Assembly (NCBI GenBank): GCA_963850305.1
Contig: CAWKKR010000008.1
Span: 800,001 to 864,000, forward strand
DNA from: an uncultured delta proteobacterium
GTDB taxonomy: Bacteria; Myxococcota_A; Polyangia; Polyangiales; Polyangiaceae
DNA: 64,000 nucleotides
Direction: 5' to 3'
Shown here piece by piece: positions 1-9,411 of this stretch; the stretch's first letter is position 1, and the number at the start of each line of letters is the position of its first letter. Under the pieces are notes generated by a model, which was not told where the DNA came from, searched no databases, and saw only the letters and a program-made list of their open reading frames with translations. A program made the translations under genes and the position numbers.

Positions 1-218
1 GGGCTCGCACGCAGACGAAGAATGCCGGCTTCGGGACGGGCGGGATCTCCCTCGACGCGCGCTACGACATCGGGTCGCTGGTGGACGTCGGGCTGCGGCT
101 CGGCGGCGCCCTTCAATTCGGTCAGATTTCCGCGGAAAGGCCCGACGGGACGCGGCTCTTCGCTTCGCCGCTCTTCGACGGCTACGGGCTCCTCGGCGTG
201 GGGCTGCATTTTCAGTGA
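1..218 (+). CDS. 3' end of probable outer-membrane beta-barrel-like protein (partial)
   Basis: Frame 3 is open from the window edge to TGA at 216-218 and reads ...GISLDARYDIGSLVDVGLRLGG...GYGLLGVGLHFQ*, with alternating amphipathic strands and an aromatic residue near the C-terminus. Not in the ORF track. Confidence 0.55.
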   Translation, partial: ARTQTKNAGFGTGGISLDARYDIGSLVDVGLRLGGALQFGQISAERPDGTRLFASPLFDGYGLLGVGLHFQ

Positions 219-248
219 TCGAAGGACGCCTGCCGTGTCATTAGCAAG

Positions 249-857
249 GTGGTGTCGAGCGCCGATTCAGCGGGGAAGCGCGGGCTGCTCGAGACGGCGA
301 GGGCGGCGAGTGACGGCGCGACCGAGAGCCCGACGGTCGAGCTCGAAGGGATGTTCCAGACGCACTACGGTTCGATCGTTCGCCTGCTGCGACGGTTTGG
401 CGTGGCATCGGCGGACCTCGACGACGCCGCGCAGGAGGTCTTCTGGGTCGCGGCGCGTCGGCTCTCGGATATCCGGCCCGGGTCGGAGCACGCGTTCCTC
501 TACGGGGTTGCGATCCGCGTCGCGGCGAGCAAGGTGCGGCGTGAGCGGTCGAGTCGCGCAGTGGTCGATCTCGAGGCGCTAGCGAACGTCGCCGATGGAC
601 GGCCGTCGCCCGAAGAGGATCTGGAACAGCACCGGGCGCGCGCGCTCCTCGACTTCGTGCTCGAGCATCTGCCGCTCGAGCTCAGAACGGTGTTCGTCCT
701 TTTCGCGCTCGAGGGGCAGTCGGTGCCGGAGATCGCACAGCTCTGCGCAATCCCGATGGGCACGGCCAGCTCGCGGCTGAGGCGCGCGCGCGAAGAGTTC
801 TCGGCGGTCGCGAAGCGCGTACGTGCGGTGCTCATGGCAAACGGGAAGCTACGCTGA
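249..857 (+). CDS. ECF RNA polymerase sigma factor
   Basis: Region 2 (DLDDAAQEVFWVAARR...AFLYGVA) and region 4 (RTVFVLFALEGQSVPEIAQLCAIPMGTASSRLRRAR). Confidence 0.93.
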   Translation: MVSSADSAGKRGLLETARAASDGATESPTVELEGMFQTHYGSIVRLLRRFGVASADLDDAAQEVFWVAARRLSDIRPGSEHAFLYGVAIRVAASKVRRERSSRAVVDLEALANVADGRPSPEEDLEQHRARALLDFVLEHLPLELRTVFVLFALEGQSVPEIAQLCAIPMGTASSRLRRAREEFSAVAKRVRAVLMANGKLR

Positions 858-1648
858 TGGATCCGCAACTATCTCCGGAGCTCGAGTTCGAGCGCTGGCT
901 CGTGGATTCGGCGCGTGAAGATTCGATGCCGTCAGCGCCGGAAGCGTGGGCGAACTTCTCCGCGGCTGCAGGTGCGCTGGCCGCGGTCTCGAGCGCGCGC
1001 TCGGGCCATGTGCTGCGCCTGTTCCGGGCAGCCGGGGTGCGCTGGGCACTGGTCGGTGCGGCGTGCGGCAGCGCCGTCACGGCAGCGTGGATGTCGAGGC
1101 ACGAGGAAGAGCCAGGTGCACCCGCGGCTTTGGTGGCCGCGCCACGTGACACGCCGGAGGCAGCTACACCGACGAGCGCCGTGCGCGTCATGCAGAACGC
1201 TGGAGTCTCGCCACGAGAGTCGACCTCGGCGACAACGAGCTCGGCGCGGGCCGTATCGACCCTGTCGGTGGACAGGACTCGGGCGCGTGCCGAAACGCGA
1301 ATGGCGAACGAGCACCGAAGCCCCGAGCCGCGAAGCGCCGAACCGCGGGTAGCGTCGAATGCCGCGAGCCCGGCGTCGCTCGCGGAAGAAGTGGCCGCGC
1401 TCGATGCGATCCGGACGGCCATGGCCGTCGGGGACTATCGCGACGCCGTCCGGCAAGTGGACGCTTACCGTCGCGCGTTCGCCGGTGGAGAGTTGACGCC
1501 GGACGCCGAGGTCCTCGCGATCGAGGCGCTCTCCAAGGCCGGGGACACGACGAGCGCAGAGCGCCGGGCAGCGAGCTTCCTCGCGAAGTACCCCGACGAC
1601 CCGCACGCGCTGCGGATCGAGAAGATCGCGGAGCGGTCCCGGTTCTGA
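857..1648 (+). CDS. putative anti-sigma factor (single TM, low-complexity linker, TPR-like C-terminus)
   Basis: TGATG overlap with the ECF stop; one hydrophobic segment; C-terminal helical repeat (LAEEVAALD...AASFLAKYPDDPHA) typical of ECF-linked myxobacterial proteins. Confidence 0.7.
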   Translation: MDPQLSPELEFERWLVDSAREDSMPSAPEAWANFSAAAGALAAVSSARSGHVLRLFRAAGVRWALVGAACGSAVTAAWMSRHEEEPGAPAALVAAPRDTPEAATPTSAVRVMQNAGVSPRESTSATTSSARAVSTLSVDRTRARAETRMANEHRSPEPRSAEPRVASNAASPASLAEEVAALDAIRTAMAVGDYRDAVRQVDAYRRAFAGGELTPDAEVLAIEALSKAGDTTSAERRAASFLAKYPDDPHALRIEKIAERSRF

Positions 1649-1814
1649 TGCTGGTCGGGAGACGATGGACTTGGCCTCCCGCGACTTCGAGCGAGGCGTT
1701 GCGCGTCGCGGCAGCGCACGCCATGTGTCTCGCATCTTGCACAATAGGCGAGCCTGGAGATGGAGGTGCGGCAAGTGCTCGCCCCGGCCAGGGGAAGGCG
1801 TATGATTATCGATC

Positions 1815-3995
1815 ATGCGAGGGCAATGGCCCAGGTCGCGGGGGCGCCGGTGGCTGCTCGCGTGCCTCGCGCTCACGGAGTGCGGGCGGATCGGTTACGA
1901 GCCGATGCAGCTTGCGGGGCACCTGCGCGGCGGGGGCACCCGTGATGCGTCGCTCGCGCTGCGGCCCGATGCGGGCTCTCTCGACGGATCCGCCGGCGCG
2001 GCTGGGCAAGGCCGGGACGCCTCGATCTTCGACGCCCACTCCCCTGTGCCGGAAGCGGGCACGAACGTCGTCAAAACGGCGCTCCCGCCACTGCCCGAGC
2101 TAACCAACGTCGTCGTGTCGCAGCGTAACGACTCCGTGGGCGTCGACTTCGATCCCGTGGACGGCGCGCAAGACTACCGCATCTACCCGCTTCCCGACGA
2201 CTCGGCCATCGTCGAGAACGCCGATGGTTCGGTCACCGTCCAGGGCGCCACCTATCGCTGTTCGGGCGACCGGCAGACGTGGGACGCCCAAAGCGCGCAG
2301 AACACGACAGGTGTGTTTGCCCAGGGCCTGACAACGCAGTTCGATTCGGATCTAGCCAATGACACCCTGGGATATGTCTACGTGAAGCCCGCGAGCGGCC
2401 TGGTCCCCGTCTACGCCCTCGGCGGCGTGGGCCCGACGGCAGAAGGCGACGAATTGGGCTGGGAGGAGGGTCGCCTGAAGATCTATACGGCGGACACCTC
2501 GCAGCGGACGAGCCTTCTCGGCCAGGGCTGGCGCGACGACGGGATCGTCTTCTACGTACCGAGTTCCGCGAGCAGCAGTACGCAGACGGTGTACGGCTCG
2601 CAAAATGCACAGGTCGTCCCAGGACAGGGTTGGACGCAATACCACCAATATTACTTTCTTGGCGCGTCGCAATCGTCTCACACAAAGGACACGACGCCTC
2701 CCGCGCCTGCCTTTCAGGTCTTGGCCGCGCAGGTGGCGGGGACGGTCCCTCTCATGTCCGTCTTCTATTCCGGAAGACACGAGCACACCGAGCTCGTCGC
2801 CGGTCAGGAGCGTTTTCAACGTGCCGCCTATCAGGGAAACGGTCCGCTCTGGCATCTCGAGTGGTCGGGAATTACGGCGCCGACCACGCTCGTGGTCGAA
2901 GCCCTAGACTCGGGCTGTCCCTTTCAAGGGTTCCTGTCTCCACAGCACATCGACACGACGGCGACGCACCAAGCTTTCCTGACCCTGGACGATCTGAGGG
3001 CCGCTTCGCCGACCGGTGAGGTCTTCGTGAACGGTCAGCACGATCCCACGAGCAAGCCCAGGGCCATCGCGCGCTCCTTCGTCACCGTCGCGCCGCAGCC
3101 CATCGATCCGAGTGCGTGGGACTGGTACGAGGACTTCGGGGTCGGTTCCACCTTCGGGCCCGTAACGGCGGTCCCGGGCTGTACGGATCTGAACTGTGGG
3201 CGGTGGCAGACGCCGGATTTCGACTTCAGCGTGTACCGGATGGACAAGGCGGGGTCCCAGATGATCTTCACGTACGGACAGTTCTTGGGGCAATTCTGGG
3301 TGGCCTATGACGATGCGGCCAGCGACGCCGCGGGCAAGGTTCGATTCACGGCCCGCCGGAAGGCCACGGTCGATCCCGATGCCTCGAAGTACCTCCACGT
3401 CACGCTATCCATGGATATCGTCTCGACGGACCGCAGGTTTCCCCAGCTGATCATCTCGGATCAGGATGCACCGGTCCAGGAGGGTCTCGCGAATCCTGAT
3501 AACAATACGTTGCTGGTTCAGCCGACGCAGGGGCCTCCGATGCGGTTCGAGGTCCAGGCGATACACGGGCTGGTTGGGGGCAAGCCGTGGGACGCGGACA
3601 ATGAGGCGCCGGAACATCGATTCATCGACCCTGGAGCTGCGCCACTGGAACCCGTGGACTGGCCGTTCGAGCACGCGGGGATGGACCGCTTGACTCGCTT
3701 CGACGTGTACGTTTCGTCACAGCAGATCTACTCGTTCATGGATGGCAAGCCGTCGGGATGCGCTCTCTATCCGGCTGGCTTCTCGCTCTCGGGACCAGTG
3801 ACGGTGAGTTTCGGCGACCTTCTCAATCACGAAGGAGCGGCGGACGAGCTCGTGTGCTCACAAGCGTTGCCGTACGGCTTCTTGCATCCGCATCAGTGCG
3901 TGGAAACGAAGCGTCACTTCGACGATTTCGGATTCAAGAGCGAATCGGCCGCACCTGTCTGGGACGAAACGCTTTTCCCGTGCAGGACGTACTAA
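1815..3995 (+). CDS. large secreted lipoprotein with DUF5648-like repeats
   Basis: 726-aa ORF; signal peptide ending in CGRIGY; internal repeat-like segment LVPVYAL...IYTAD...GWRDDGIVFYV. Confidence 0.75.
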   Translation: MRGQWPRSRGRRWLLACLALTECGRIGYEPMQLAGHLRGGGTRDASLALRPDAGSLDGSAGAAGQGRDASIFDAHSPVPEAGTNVVKTALPPLPELTNVVVSQRNDSVGVDFDPVDGAQDYRIYPLPDDSAIVENADGSVTVQGATYRCSGDRQTWDAQSAQNTTGVFAQGLTTQFDSDLANDTLGYVYVKPASGLVPVYALGGVGPTAEGDELGWEEGRLKIYTADTSQRTSLLGQGWRDDGIVFYVPSSASSSTQTVYGSQNAQVVPGQGWTQYHQYYFLGASQSSHTKDTTPPAPAFQVLAAQVAGTVPLMSVFYSGRHEHTELVAGQERFQRAAYQGNGPLWHLEWSGITAPTTLVVEALDSGCPFQGFLSPQHIDTTATHQAFLTLDDLRAASPTGEVFVNGQHDPTSKPRAIARSFVTVAPQPIDPSAWDWYEDFGVGSTFGPVTAVPGCTDLNCGRWQTPDFDFSVYRMDKAGSQMIFTYGQFLGQFWVAYDDAASDAAGKVRFTARRKATVDPDASKYLHVTLSMDIVSTDRRFPQLIISDQDAPVQEGLANPDNNTLLVQPTQGPPMRFEVQAIHGLVGGKPWDADNEAPEHRFIDPGAAPLEPVDWPFEHAGMDRLTRFDVYVSSQQIYSFMDGKPSGCALYPAGFSLSGPVTVSFGDLLNHEGAADELVCSQALPYGFLHPHQCVETKRHFDDFGFKSESAAPVWDETLFPCRTY

Positions 3996-4020
3996 ACTAT
4001 AAACTAAACTAACGAAGGAC

Positions 4021-4058
4021 GGGCCTTGGCAGCCTTGGCCCCCGCGGCTTGCTCCGCC
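4021..4058 (+). repeat. degenerate partial copy of dispersed GC-rich intergenic repeat
   Basis: gggccttggcagccttggcccccgcggcttgct resembles 30208-30239 and 44931-44964; lies between convergent genes. Confidence 0.6.
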
Positions 4059-4085
4059 ACGTCCGAAGCTCCGCATCGAGCGGCG

Positions 4086-5113
4086 TCAATCCGGGAAACA
4101 GGCTGCCAGATGGAGGGCAGTCGGCGCGTCGTACGGCACGTTGAACGACTCCCCCCCATCGATCGTCACCGCATACGTGCCGCCGCGCTGGTCGCCATCT
4201 TCGAGGCGGATACCGCCGGAAGCATCATCGCTGCCGTACACGACTTCTCCCGAGATCGATCCCGACGTGCCCGAGTCCGACGAGGTTCTTTCGACCGAGG
4301 CGTCGTGATCCGAGGGCAGCGGGGCCGTCGCGATTGCGAAATGCAGAGTGCCGTAAAGAGCGCCGTTGCCGCCCGTATCGGTCTTCGTCGCCTTCGTCCC
4401 GCTGACGGTGTAGCCGGTGAAGTCGCTGTACCCATCGTAGGCAAACTGCGTCAGCGGGCTCAGCAGGTCGTCCAGCGAGACGCGCACGGTGCCGGCGAGC
4501 TGCCCGCGGAATACCGCCGCGCGCGAGTACTCCAGCATCCCCCGTCCCCCGAAGCCGGGCATGCGCAGCTCGGCGCTGCCCGTCGTCGAAATTCAGGAGC
4601 TCCACCGCGCAGCGAGCTCCTTCGGGGCTTGCCTCGTCGAGCCCGGAAACGACCTTTCCGAAGTCTCGCAGGGGCGGCATCGAAACGTCGCCGGAGAGAA
4701 GCACTTGGTCGTCGTTCGAACGAAACGCGAAAGCGAGCGTCCGAGCGACGGGCGTGCGCGCGTTGCCGGACTGCGACGTTCCAGAATTGCTCTCGTACTC
4801 GAGGGTTGCCGACAGGGTGAGCGTCCCCGCGACAGGATCGAGGTCGTACGTCCCGGTCAGGGATTCGTCGCCTTCCGCGGCGCCGAGCTCGAATCAGCGC
4901 GAAGCTCGCGGGCTCCGCCCCGGTCTTGTCACCGAGAACGAGGAGGGTCACCTTCGTCGTTTCGAACGCGACCCACGTCGATGCGCCCGAGCCGAAGACT
5001 CGCGTCTCGTCACGCTTTTCGCCCAGCCCTGGGTACTCCCCGAGGTCGCAGGCTGGCAGCAAGACCGCGACTGCCAGCACTGCCACCATCGGGATCGTCG
5101 CGAGGTGACTCAC
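4086..5113 (-). pseudogene. lipoprotein (~341 aa) split by two +1 frameshifts (pseudogene or sequencing error)
   Basis: Lipobox VLLPAC in ORF 4460..5113. Coding-like sequence continues in the frame of ORF 4225..4704 after ~4892 and in the frame of ORF 4086..4562 after ~4590. Confidence 0.7.
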
Positions 5114-5739
5114 AAGCGGACTCCGACGGCGGCGCCCGCGATGAATGACACCCCGTAGTCGAGGCGATTGCCATGCAGGATGTCGACGACATCGAGGCTA
5201 CTCCGGAGTAACCCGGCGACGATGATGGGCGCGCCGAAGACCCTTTCGTCGGTCGCATATGCGACTTGAGCCGCGAGACCCCCGCCGAGGACCGCGCTCT
5301 GGAACGTTCTATAGGCAGTATCCCCCTCCAGCGTGGTGTATAGGCCGTGCAGTCGTGGACCGATCGCAAGTTCGATCCTCGTCGAGAGGGGTATGCGGCG
5401 GTCGACGCCGAGCGAGAGGTCGAGAGCGAACGCAGCCGCGTAGACGTTGCCAAACGAAACGAAGCCTCCGTTCTCGGCAGCGGCGACCGGGAATGCCAGA
5501 TTCAAGGCCCCCGTGAAGGCCCATTTGGCACCGGCGTTCAGCGAATATCCAAAACCCGGCGATTGGAACGTGTACCGATTACCGGCATCCGTTCGCACGA
5601 GATCGGTCTGAAATGTCGGACCAACGGACTGTTCGACCGACGCTCGAGCGCGGAGTGACCAGAAGAAGTACGCCGCCACCAGCGAGCAGCGGAAAACGGC
5701 GTGATTCAGGCCTTGCCGTGAAGGGCGTGCGCGAGACAC
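5110..5739 (-). CDS. probable small outer-membrane beta-barrel protein (start uncertain)
   Basis: Amphipathic strands, C-terminal GVSFIAGAAVGVRL; 4-bp overlap with the downstream lipoprotein start. Confidence 0.6.
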   Translation of the reverse strand: MSRARPSRQGLNHAVFRCSLVAAYFFWSLRARASVEQSVGPTFQTDLVRTDAGNRYTFQSPGFGYSLNAGAKWAFTGALNLAFPVAAAENGGFVSFGNVYAAAFALDLSLGVDRRIPLSTRIELAIGPRLHGLYTTLEGDTAYRTFQSAVLGGGLAAQVAYATDERVFGAPIIVAGLLRSSLDVVDILHGNRLDYGVSFIAGAAVGVRL

Positions 5740-6704
5740 GCGGGAGTGAGAGCAACTCTCGTGCCTTCTGGATCGGCCTCAACGCGATTGCGCCCTCTCG
5801 CCTTTGCTCTGTAGAGCGCCGAATCCGCGCGACCGAGCCAGGCCGCCGCGTTCTCGTCCATCGGCGAGAGCTCGGCGACACCGAGGCTCAGCGTCATCAC
5901 GCCGGCACCGGTGACCGTGTGCAGCGCGAGGCTCTGGACCGCGAGGCGGATTCGCGTCGCTGCTTCCGCGGCTCGACGCAATGACTGCTCGGGCAGGACC
6001 ACGACGAACTCCTCGCCACCATACCGATACACGCTGTCGCCGGCTCTGAGTTGCCCCTGAATTGCCTTGGCAACGGAGAGCAATGCGGCGTCCCCGGCGA
6101 GATGACCAAAGTGGTCGTTGTAGGCCTTGAACCAGTCGATGTCCGCCATCGCGATGCTGTACCGACGGCCGTATCGCTCCGCCTGCGACCAAAGCGCGCG
6201 AAGATCGCCGTCGAGGCGCAAGCGATTCGCGACTCCGGTCAAGGCGTCGACACGGGCCAGCGTGAACGACGTCTGGCTGTCGCGCCGGAGGGCGATGTTT
6301 CTTTCGGTGAGTCTCCGGTAAACCGAGACGACGCGCGCGGCGGAAGCGAGGCGGGCTTGCAGCTCGTCGAGATCGACCGGCTTGGTCTGGTAGTCGTCCG
6401 CGCCCGCCTCCATCCCCTGGATGAAGTGCTCCCAATCGCCGAATGCGGTCATGAAGATGAAATACGTGTAGCCGCTGGTGCCGTCCGCAACGCGCGTTCG
6501 CTTGCAGAGCTCCAGTCCGTCCATGCGCGGCATTTCCCAATCGCTGAGGATGACGTCCGCGTGGTCCTTCTGGTGCATCGACCAGGCCTCGAGTCCGTCC
6601 CCGGCGGTTCGACATTCGTATCCGAAGGAAGTGACGACTTCTGCGAGCTCGTTGCCCGCGGCCCTCTCGTCATCGACGACGAGCACCTTGAGTGGGGGAG
6701 ACAC
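5706..6704 (-). CDS. response regulator diguanylate cyclase (REC-GGDEF)
   Basis: REC domain (KVLVVDD...ILSDWEMPRMDG...ADDYQTKP); DALTG; RAGD I-site; RYGGEEF. Confidence 0.95.
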   Translation of the reverse strand: MSPPLKVLVVDDERAAGNELAEVVTSFGYECRTAGDGLEAWSMHQKDHADVILSDWEMPRMDGLELCKRTRVADGTSGYTYFIFMTAFGDWEHFIQGMEAGADDYQTKPVDLDELQARLASAARVVSVYRRLTERNIALRRDSQTSFTLARVDALTGVANRLRLDGDLRALWSQAERYGRRYSIAMADIDWFKAYNDHFGHLAGDAALLSVAKAIQGQLRAGDSVYRYGGEEFVVVLPEQSLRRAAEAATRIRLAVQSLALHTVTGAGVMTLSLGVAELSPMDENAAAWLGRADSALYRAKARGRNRVEADPEGTRVALTPACLAHALHGKA

Positions 6705-6716
6705 GTATCGCTACGT

Positions 6717-6732
6717 TGCACGGAGTGGGCCA
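6717..6732 (-). promoter_or_regulatory. possible sigma-54 promoter for the diguanylate cyclase
   Basis: Minus strand TGGCCC-ACTCC-GTGCA with GG-N10-GC spacing. Confidence 0.35.
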
Positions 6733-6753
6733 TCTCCGCCGGCCCGGTCCGCG

Positions 6754-6769
6754 GGGCACGGCTATTGCT
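6754..6769 (+). promoter_or_regulatory. sigma-54 (-24/-12) promoter-like motif
   Basis: gGGCACG-GCTA-TTGCT, about 27 bp upstream of ATG 6797. Confidence 0.6.
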
Positions 6770-6796
6770 CGAGGTGGACCCATGGCCACTGCATCC

Positions 6797-7168
6797 ATGC
6801 GTCCGGAGCGGAAACGCATTCTGATCGTGGAGGACGACACCGGCGCGCTCAGCGCCTTGGCGTACGCGCTCGGCGCACGTTACGACGTGGTGGTTGCCCG
6901 CGACGGAGTCGAGGGGGCCGAGGTGGCAGCCAAGTCGCCGCCGGACCTGATCATCACGGACGTGACGATGCCGCGCCTGGACGGGATCGGGATGGTCCGA
7001 AGGATCCGCGAGCAACAGGCAGCCAAAGTGCCGGTCATTTTCGTTTCGGCGCTCGACTCACCGATGGCGGTCGTCGCCGGCATCGCGGCCGGCGCCCGTC
7101 ATTACCTGACCAAGCCGCTGGATCTCAACGACCTCGAGAAGCGCATCGTGCGCGTGCTCGGGGAGTGA
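6797..7168 (+). CDS. single-domain response regulator (CheY-like)
   Basis: RILIVEDD...DLIITDVTMPRLDG...VIFVSA...YLTKP; start moved to ATG 6797. Confidence 0.92.
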   Translation: MRPERKRILIVEDDTGALSALAYALGARYDVVVARDGVEGAEVAAKSPPDLIITDVTMPRLDGIGMVRRIREQQAAKVPVIFVSALDSPMAVVAGIAAGARHYLTKPLDLNDLEKRIVRVLGE

Positions 7169-7328
7169 GCGTGCGCCGCCGAGCGAAGGACGGCGCGCAC
7201 GGGGGTGCGGTACGCAATCCATGCGGCGCCGCGAAGGCCTTGCACGATCGCCCGGCGCGCGACCGAGACGACGGGTCCCACCGGTCGGCCTCCGCTGCCG
7301 GCACCAGCGCCCGCGCCAGAGCTGGCTC

Positions 7329-7354
7329 GAAGGCGCCCTCGGGCGGGCGCCTTC
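7329..7354. terminator. hairpin between convergent genes
   Basis: gaaggcgccc-tcgggc-gggcgccttc, a perfect 10-bp stem with a weak T tail. Confidence 0.4.
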
Positions 7355-7371
7355 TTCGCGCATTGACGGCC

Positions 7372-8539
7372 TCACTTCGCTCGATACGCCCCTCGACCAG
7401 CAAGCTGGCTCTGGAGCGACTTCACTTCCTGGCGAAGCTCGTCGAGCTCGTGCTTCTGTTCCTGGAGCGCTGCGACGGCCATGCTGGTGTAGCCGTAGAG
7501 GTCGACCTGATCGTTCTTCGAGTCGACGCTGGGACTCGGCTCGACGTCCTCGATGATGAAGCCGAGGTGCTGCCGTTCGGGACCGTCCTTGTAACGGTAC
7601 CTGACGAGCGGGATCGACATCAGAATCGCTCGCGAGCGCTTCGCGTTCCCCGGTGCTCAGGTACTCGATGTCGGTCTTGTACTTCGCGCGGGAGATCGGG
7701 CAGAGGCCGCCGTGCGTCGGATCGGTCGTGGTGCACATCAGATTCACCCCGCATCCCGAGCCCGGGTCGCATTCGGCACCGGCGGGGGAGCACGCGGCGC
7801 CGACGGCTTCCGTCGAGGTGCATGGTGCGACACCCGACGTGCTGCCGCCCGTTCCCCCGACGCGGCAGACGGGATCCCCGCAGGTCCGGTACCATTCGAG
7901 GTTGCCTGCCGCCCCGCATCCCGGAAAGGTCGTCAGGCACTTGCCGTTCACGCACGCTCCCGTCGCGCACGACGAGCCGCCGTCCGGGCACGATAGACAA
8001 ATCTGGGGAACCGCGCAGTCGCCGCCGCTCCGACACTCGCCGGTCGCGCCGCCGCTCGAGGTCGTACCGCCGGAGCCGGTCGACCCGCCCGCGCCGCCGC
8101 CGCCGCACGGCGGAATCGTCGTCTCGCACTCACCATTCACGCAGGAGGCGGTCGCGCACGATGTGCTGCCGTCCGAGCACTGTCTGCAGATCGCCGGAAC
8201 GATGCAATCGCTGGCGCTCGTGCATTCCGTGCCGCCGCCGCCCGAAGCGCCGCCGCTCGCCGTGCCTCCGGCGCCGCCACACGGCGGATAAGAAATCTGG
8301 CAGCCGCCGTCGACGCACGCGCCCATCGCGCAGGACGCGGCGCCTCCCGGACACAGCCGGCAGAGGGCGGGAGCGGGGCAGTCGCCCGCGACGTTGCATG
8401 GGATACCCCCGGAACCCCCGCTGCCAGGCGATCCGCCCGAAGCGCCGCCGTCCTTGAGACCCGATCCGCCGGGACTCGACGTCCCCCCGCACGCGACGGA
8501 AATCAGGATTACCGATCCAAGGGTCAAGATGTCACGCAT
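7372..8539 (-). pseudogene. Cys-repeat lipoprotein with C-terminal peptidase S74 (intramolecular chaperone) domain; +1 frameshift at ~7624
   Basis: Lipobox ISVAC; three 8-Cys repeats; ISRAKYKTDIEYL continues in ORF 7372..7620 (YRYK...HLGFIIEDV...VDLYGYTSMAVAALQE plus coiled coil). Confidence 0.8.
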
Positions 8540-8588
8540 GCTTCGGTCTCCTCGCACTTCGTGCACTCTTCGCTCTCGTCGTTCCCGT

Positions 8589-8644
8589 GGTAGCAGGAAT
8601 CGATCCAACGAAGAACGGTAGCAGGAATCGATCCAACGAAGAAC
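8589..8644. repeat. perfect 28-bp tandem duplication
   Basis: ggtagcaggaatcgatccaacgaagaac x2, about 50 bp upstream of the S74 gene start. Confidence 0.9.
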
Positions 8645-8763
8645 CGGTGCGCATCTCGACGCGATCGGTCAACGACGTGCACGCCTTGCAGGCCCGCGCA
8701 AACCGATTCATCCGAGCGGACCGAACTGCGCGATGCGTCCCCGAGCGTGAGGCTCGGCGGCGC

Positions 8764-8931
8764 TCATCGACGCTTCAGGAACCTCAAATAGAACGCGCCA
8801 AACACGAGGACGATCCCGACGTTAACCAGCAGCCGCTCCCAGAACCGGTTCCTGAAGAACAGCACGTCCACGCCGACCACGACGACTACCAGCGCGAGCA
8901 CGAAGGGCACGAGGGCTGGCGGTCTTTCCAT
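8764..8931 (-). CDS. small two-TM membrane protein (55 aa)
   Basis: Hand translation MERPPALVPFVLALVVVVVGVDVLFFRNRFWERLLVNVGIVLVFGAFYLRFLKRR*; below the ORF-track cutoff; GC-rich third codon positions. Confidence 0.7.
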   Translation of the reverse strand: MERPPALVPFVLALVVVVVGVDVLFFRNRFWERLLVNVGIVLVFGAFYLRFLKRR

Positions 8932-9155
8932 CTTTCGTTTCTACCACCTGCTCCGGGACAAGCCGAGGCTCCTTGCTCCTCGGAACGATCCTGCGCGCCG
9001 CGGTCCACCCGAGACGCGAATCGCGACCGGTGGCGCGGGAAGCATCGAAGATGTCATCCGGGCGGGCGTCGATGCAGCGGAGTTGCGCCACAGGCGGCCT
9101 TTCCGCCACGAGCCGGTTCGTGCGCTACCGGTCAAGTCGCTGGATTCGTTCGTTG

Positions 9156-9228
9156 TGGGCCAAGACAGACTTGAACTGTCAGCCAACGGATTAAGAGTCC
9201 GCTGCTCTACCAATTGAGCTATTGGCCC
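9156..9228 (-). tRNA. tRNA-Lys (CTT)
   Basis: GGGCCAA/TTGGCCC acceptor stem, TAGCTCAATTGGTAGAGC D-arm, CTCTTAA anticodon loop, GACAG-TTCAAGT-CTGTC T-arm; CCA not encoded. Confidence 0.95.
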
Positions 9229-9411
9229 GGGCCGGCGCGGATAGCCGCGCGAGCCGGAGGCCGCTCATACCATTGCGTCTAGCGCCGTCAAGCATCGGTT
9301 GGCGGCGCGCGTTTCGCGCGGGAGACTCCGGTCGCTTTTGATGGGCGAGAGTCGGCAACTTGGCGCTACGCTCGGGCGGGAGTCTGCGCCCCTTGCCAGA
9401 ATAGCTCCGTC

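Noticed and set aside
7372..8539. Prophage tail fibre gene
   Set aside because: Has a lipoprotein signal, and no phage structural, packaging or integrase genes lie nearby.
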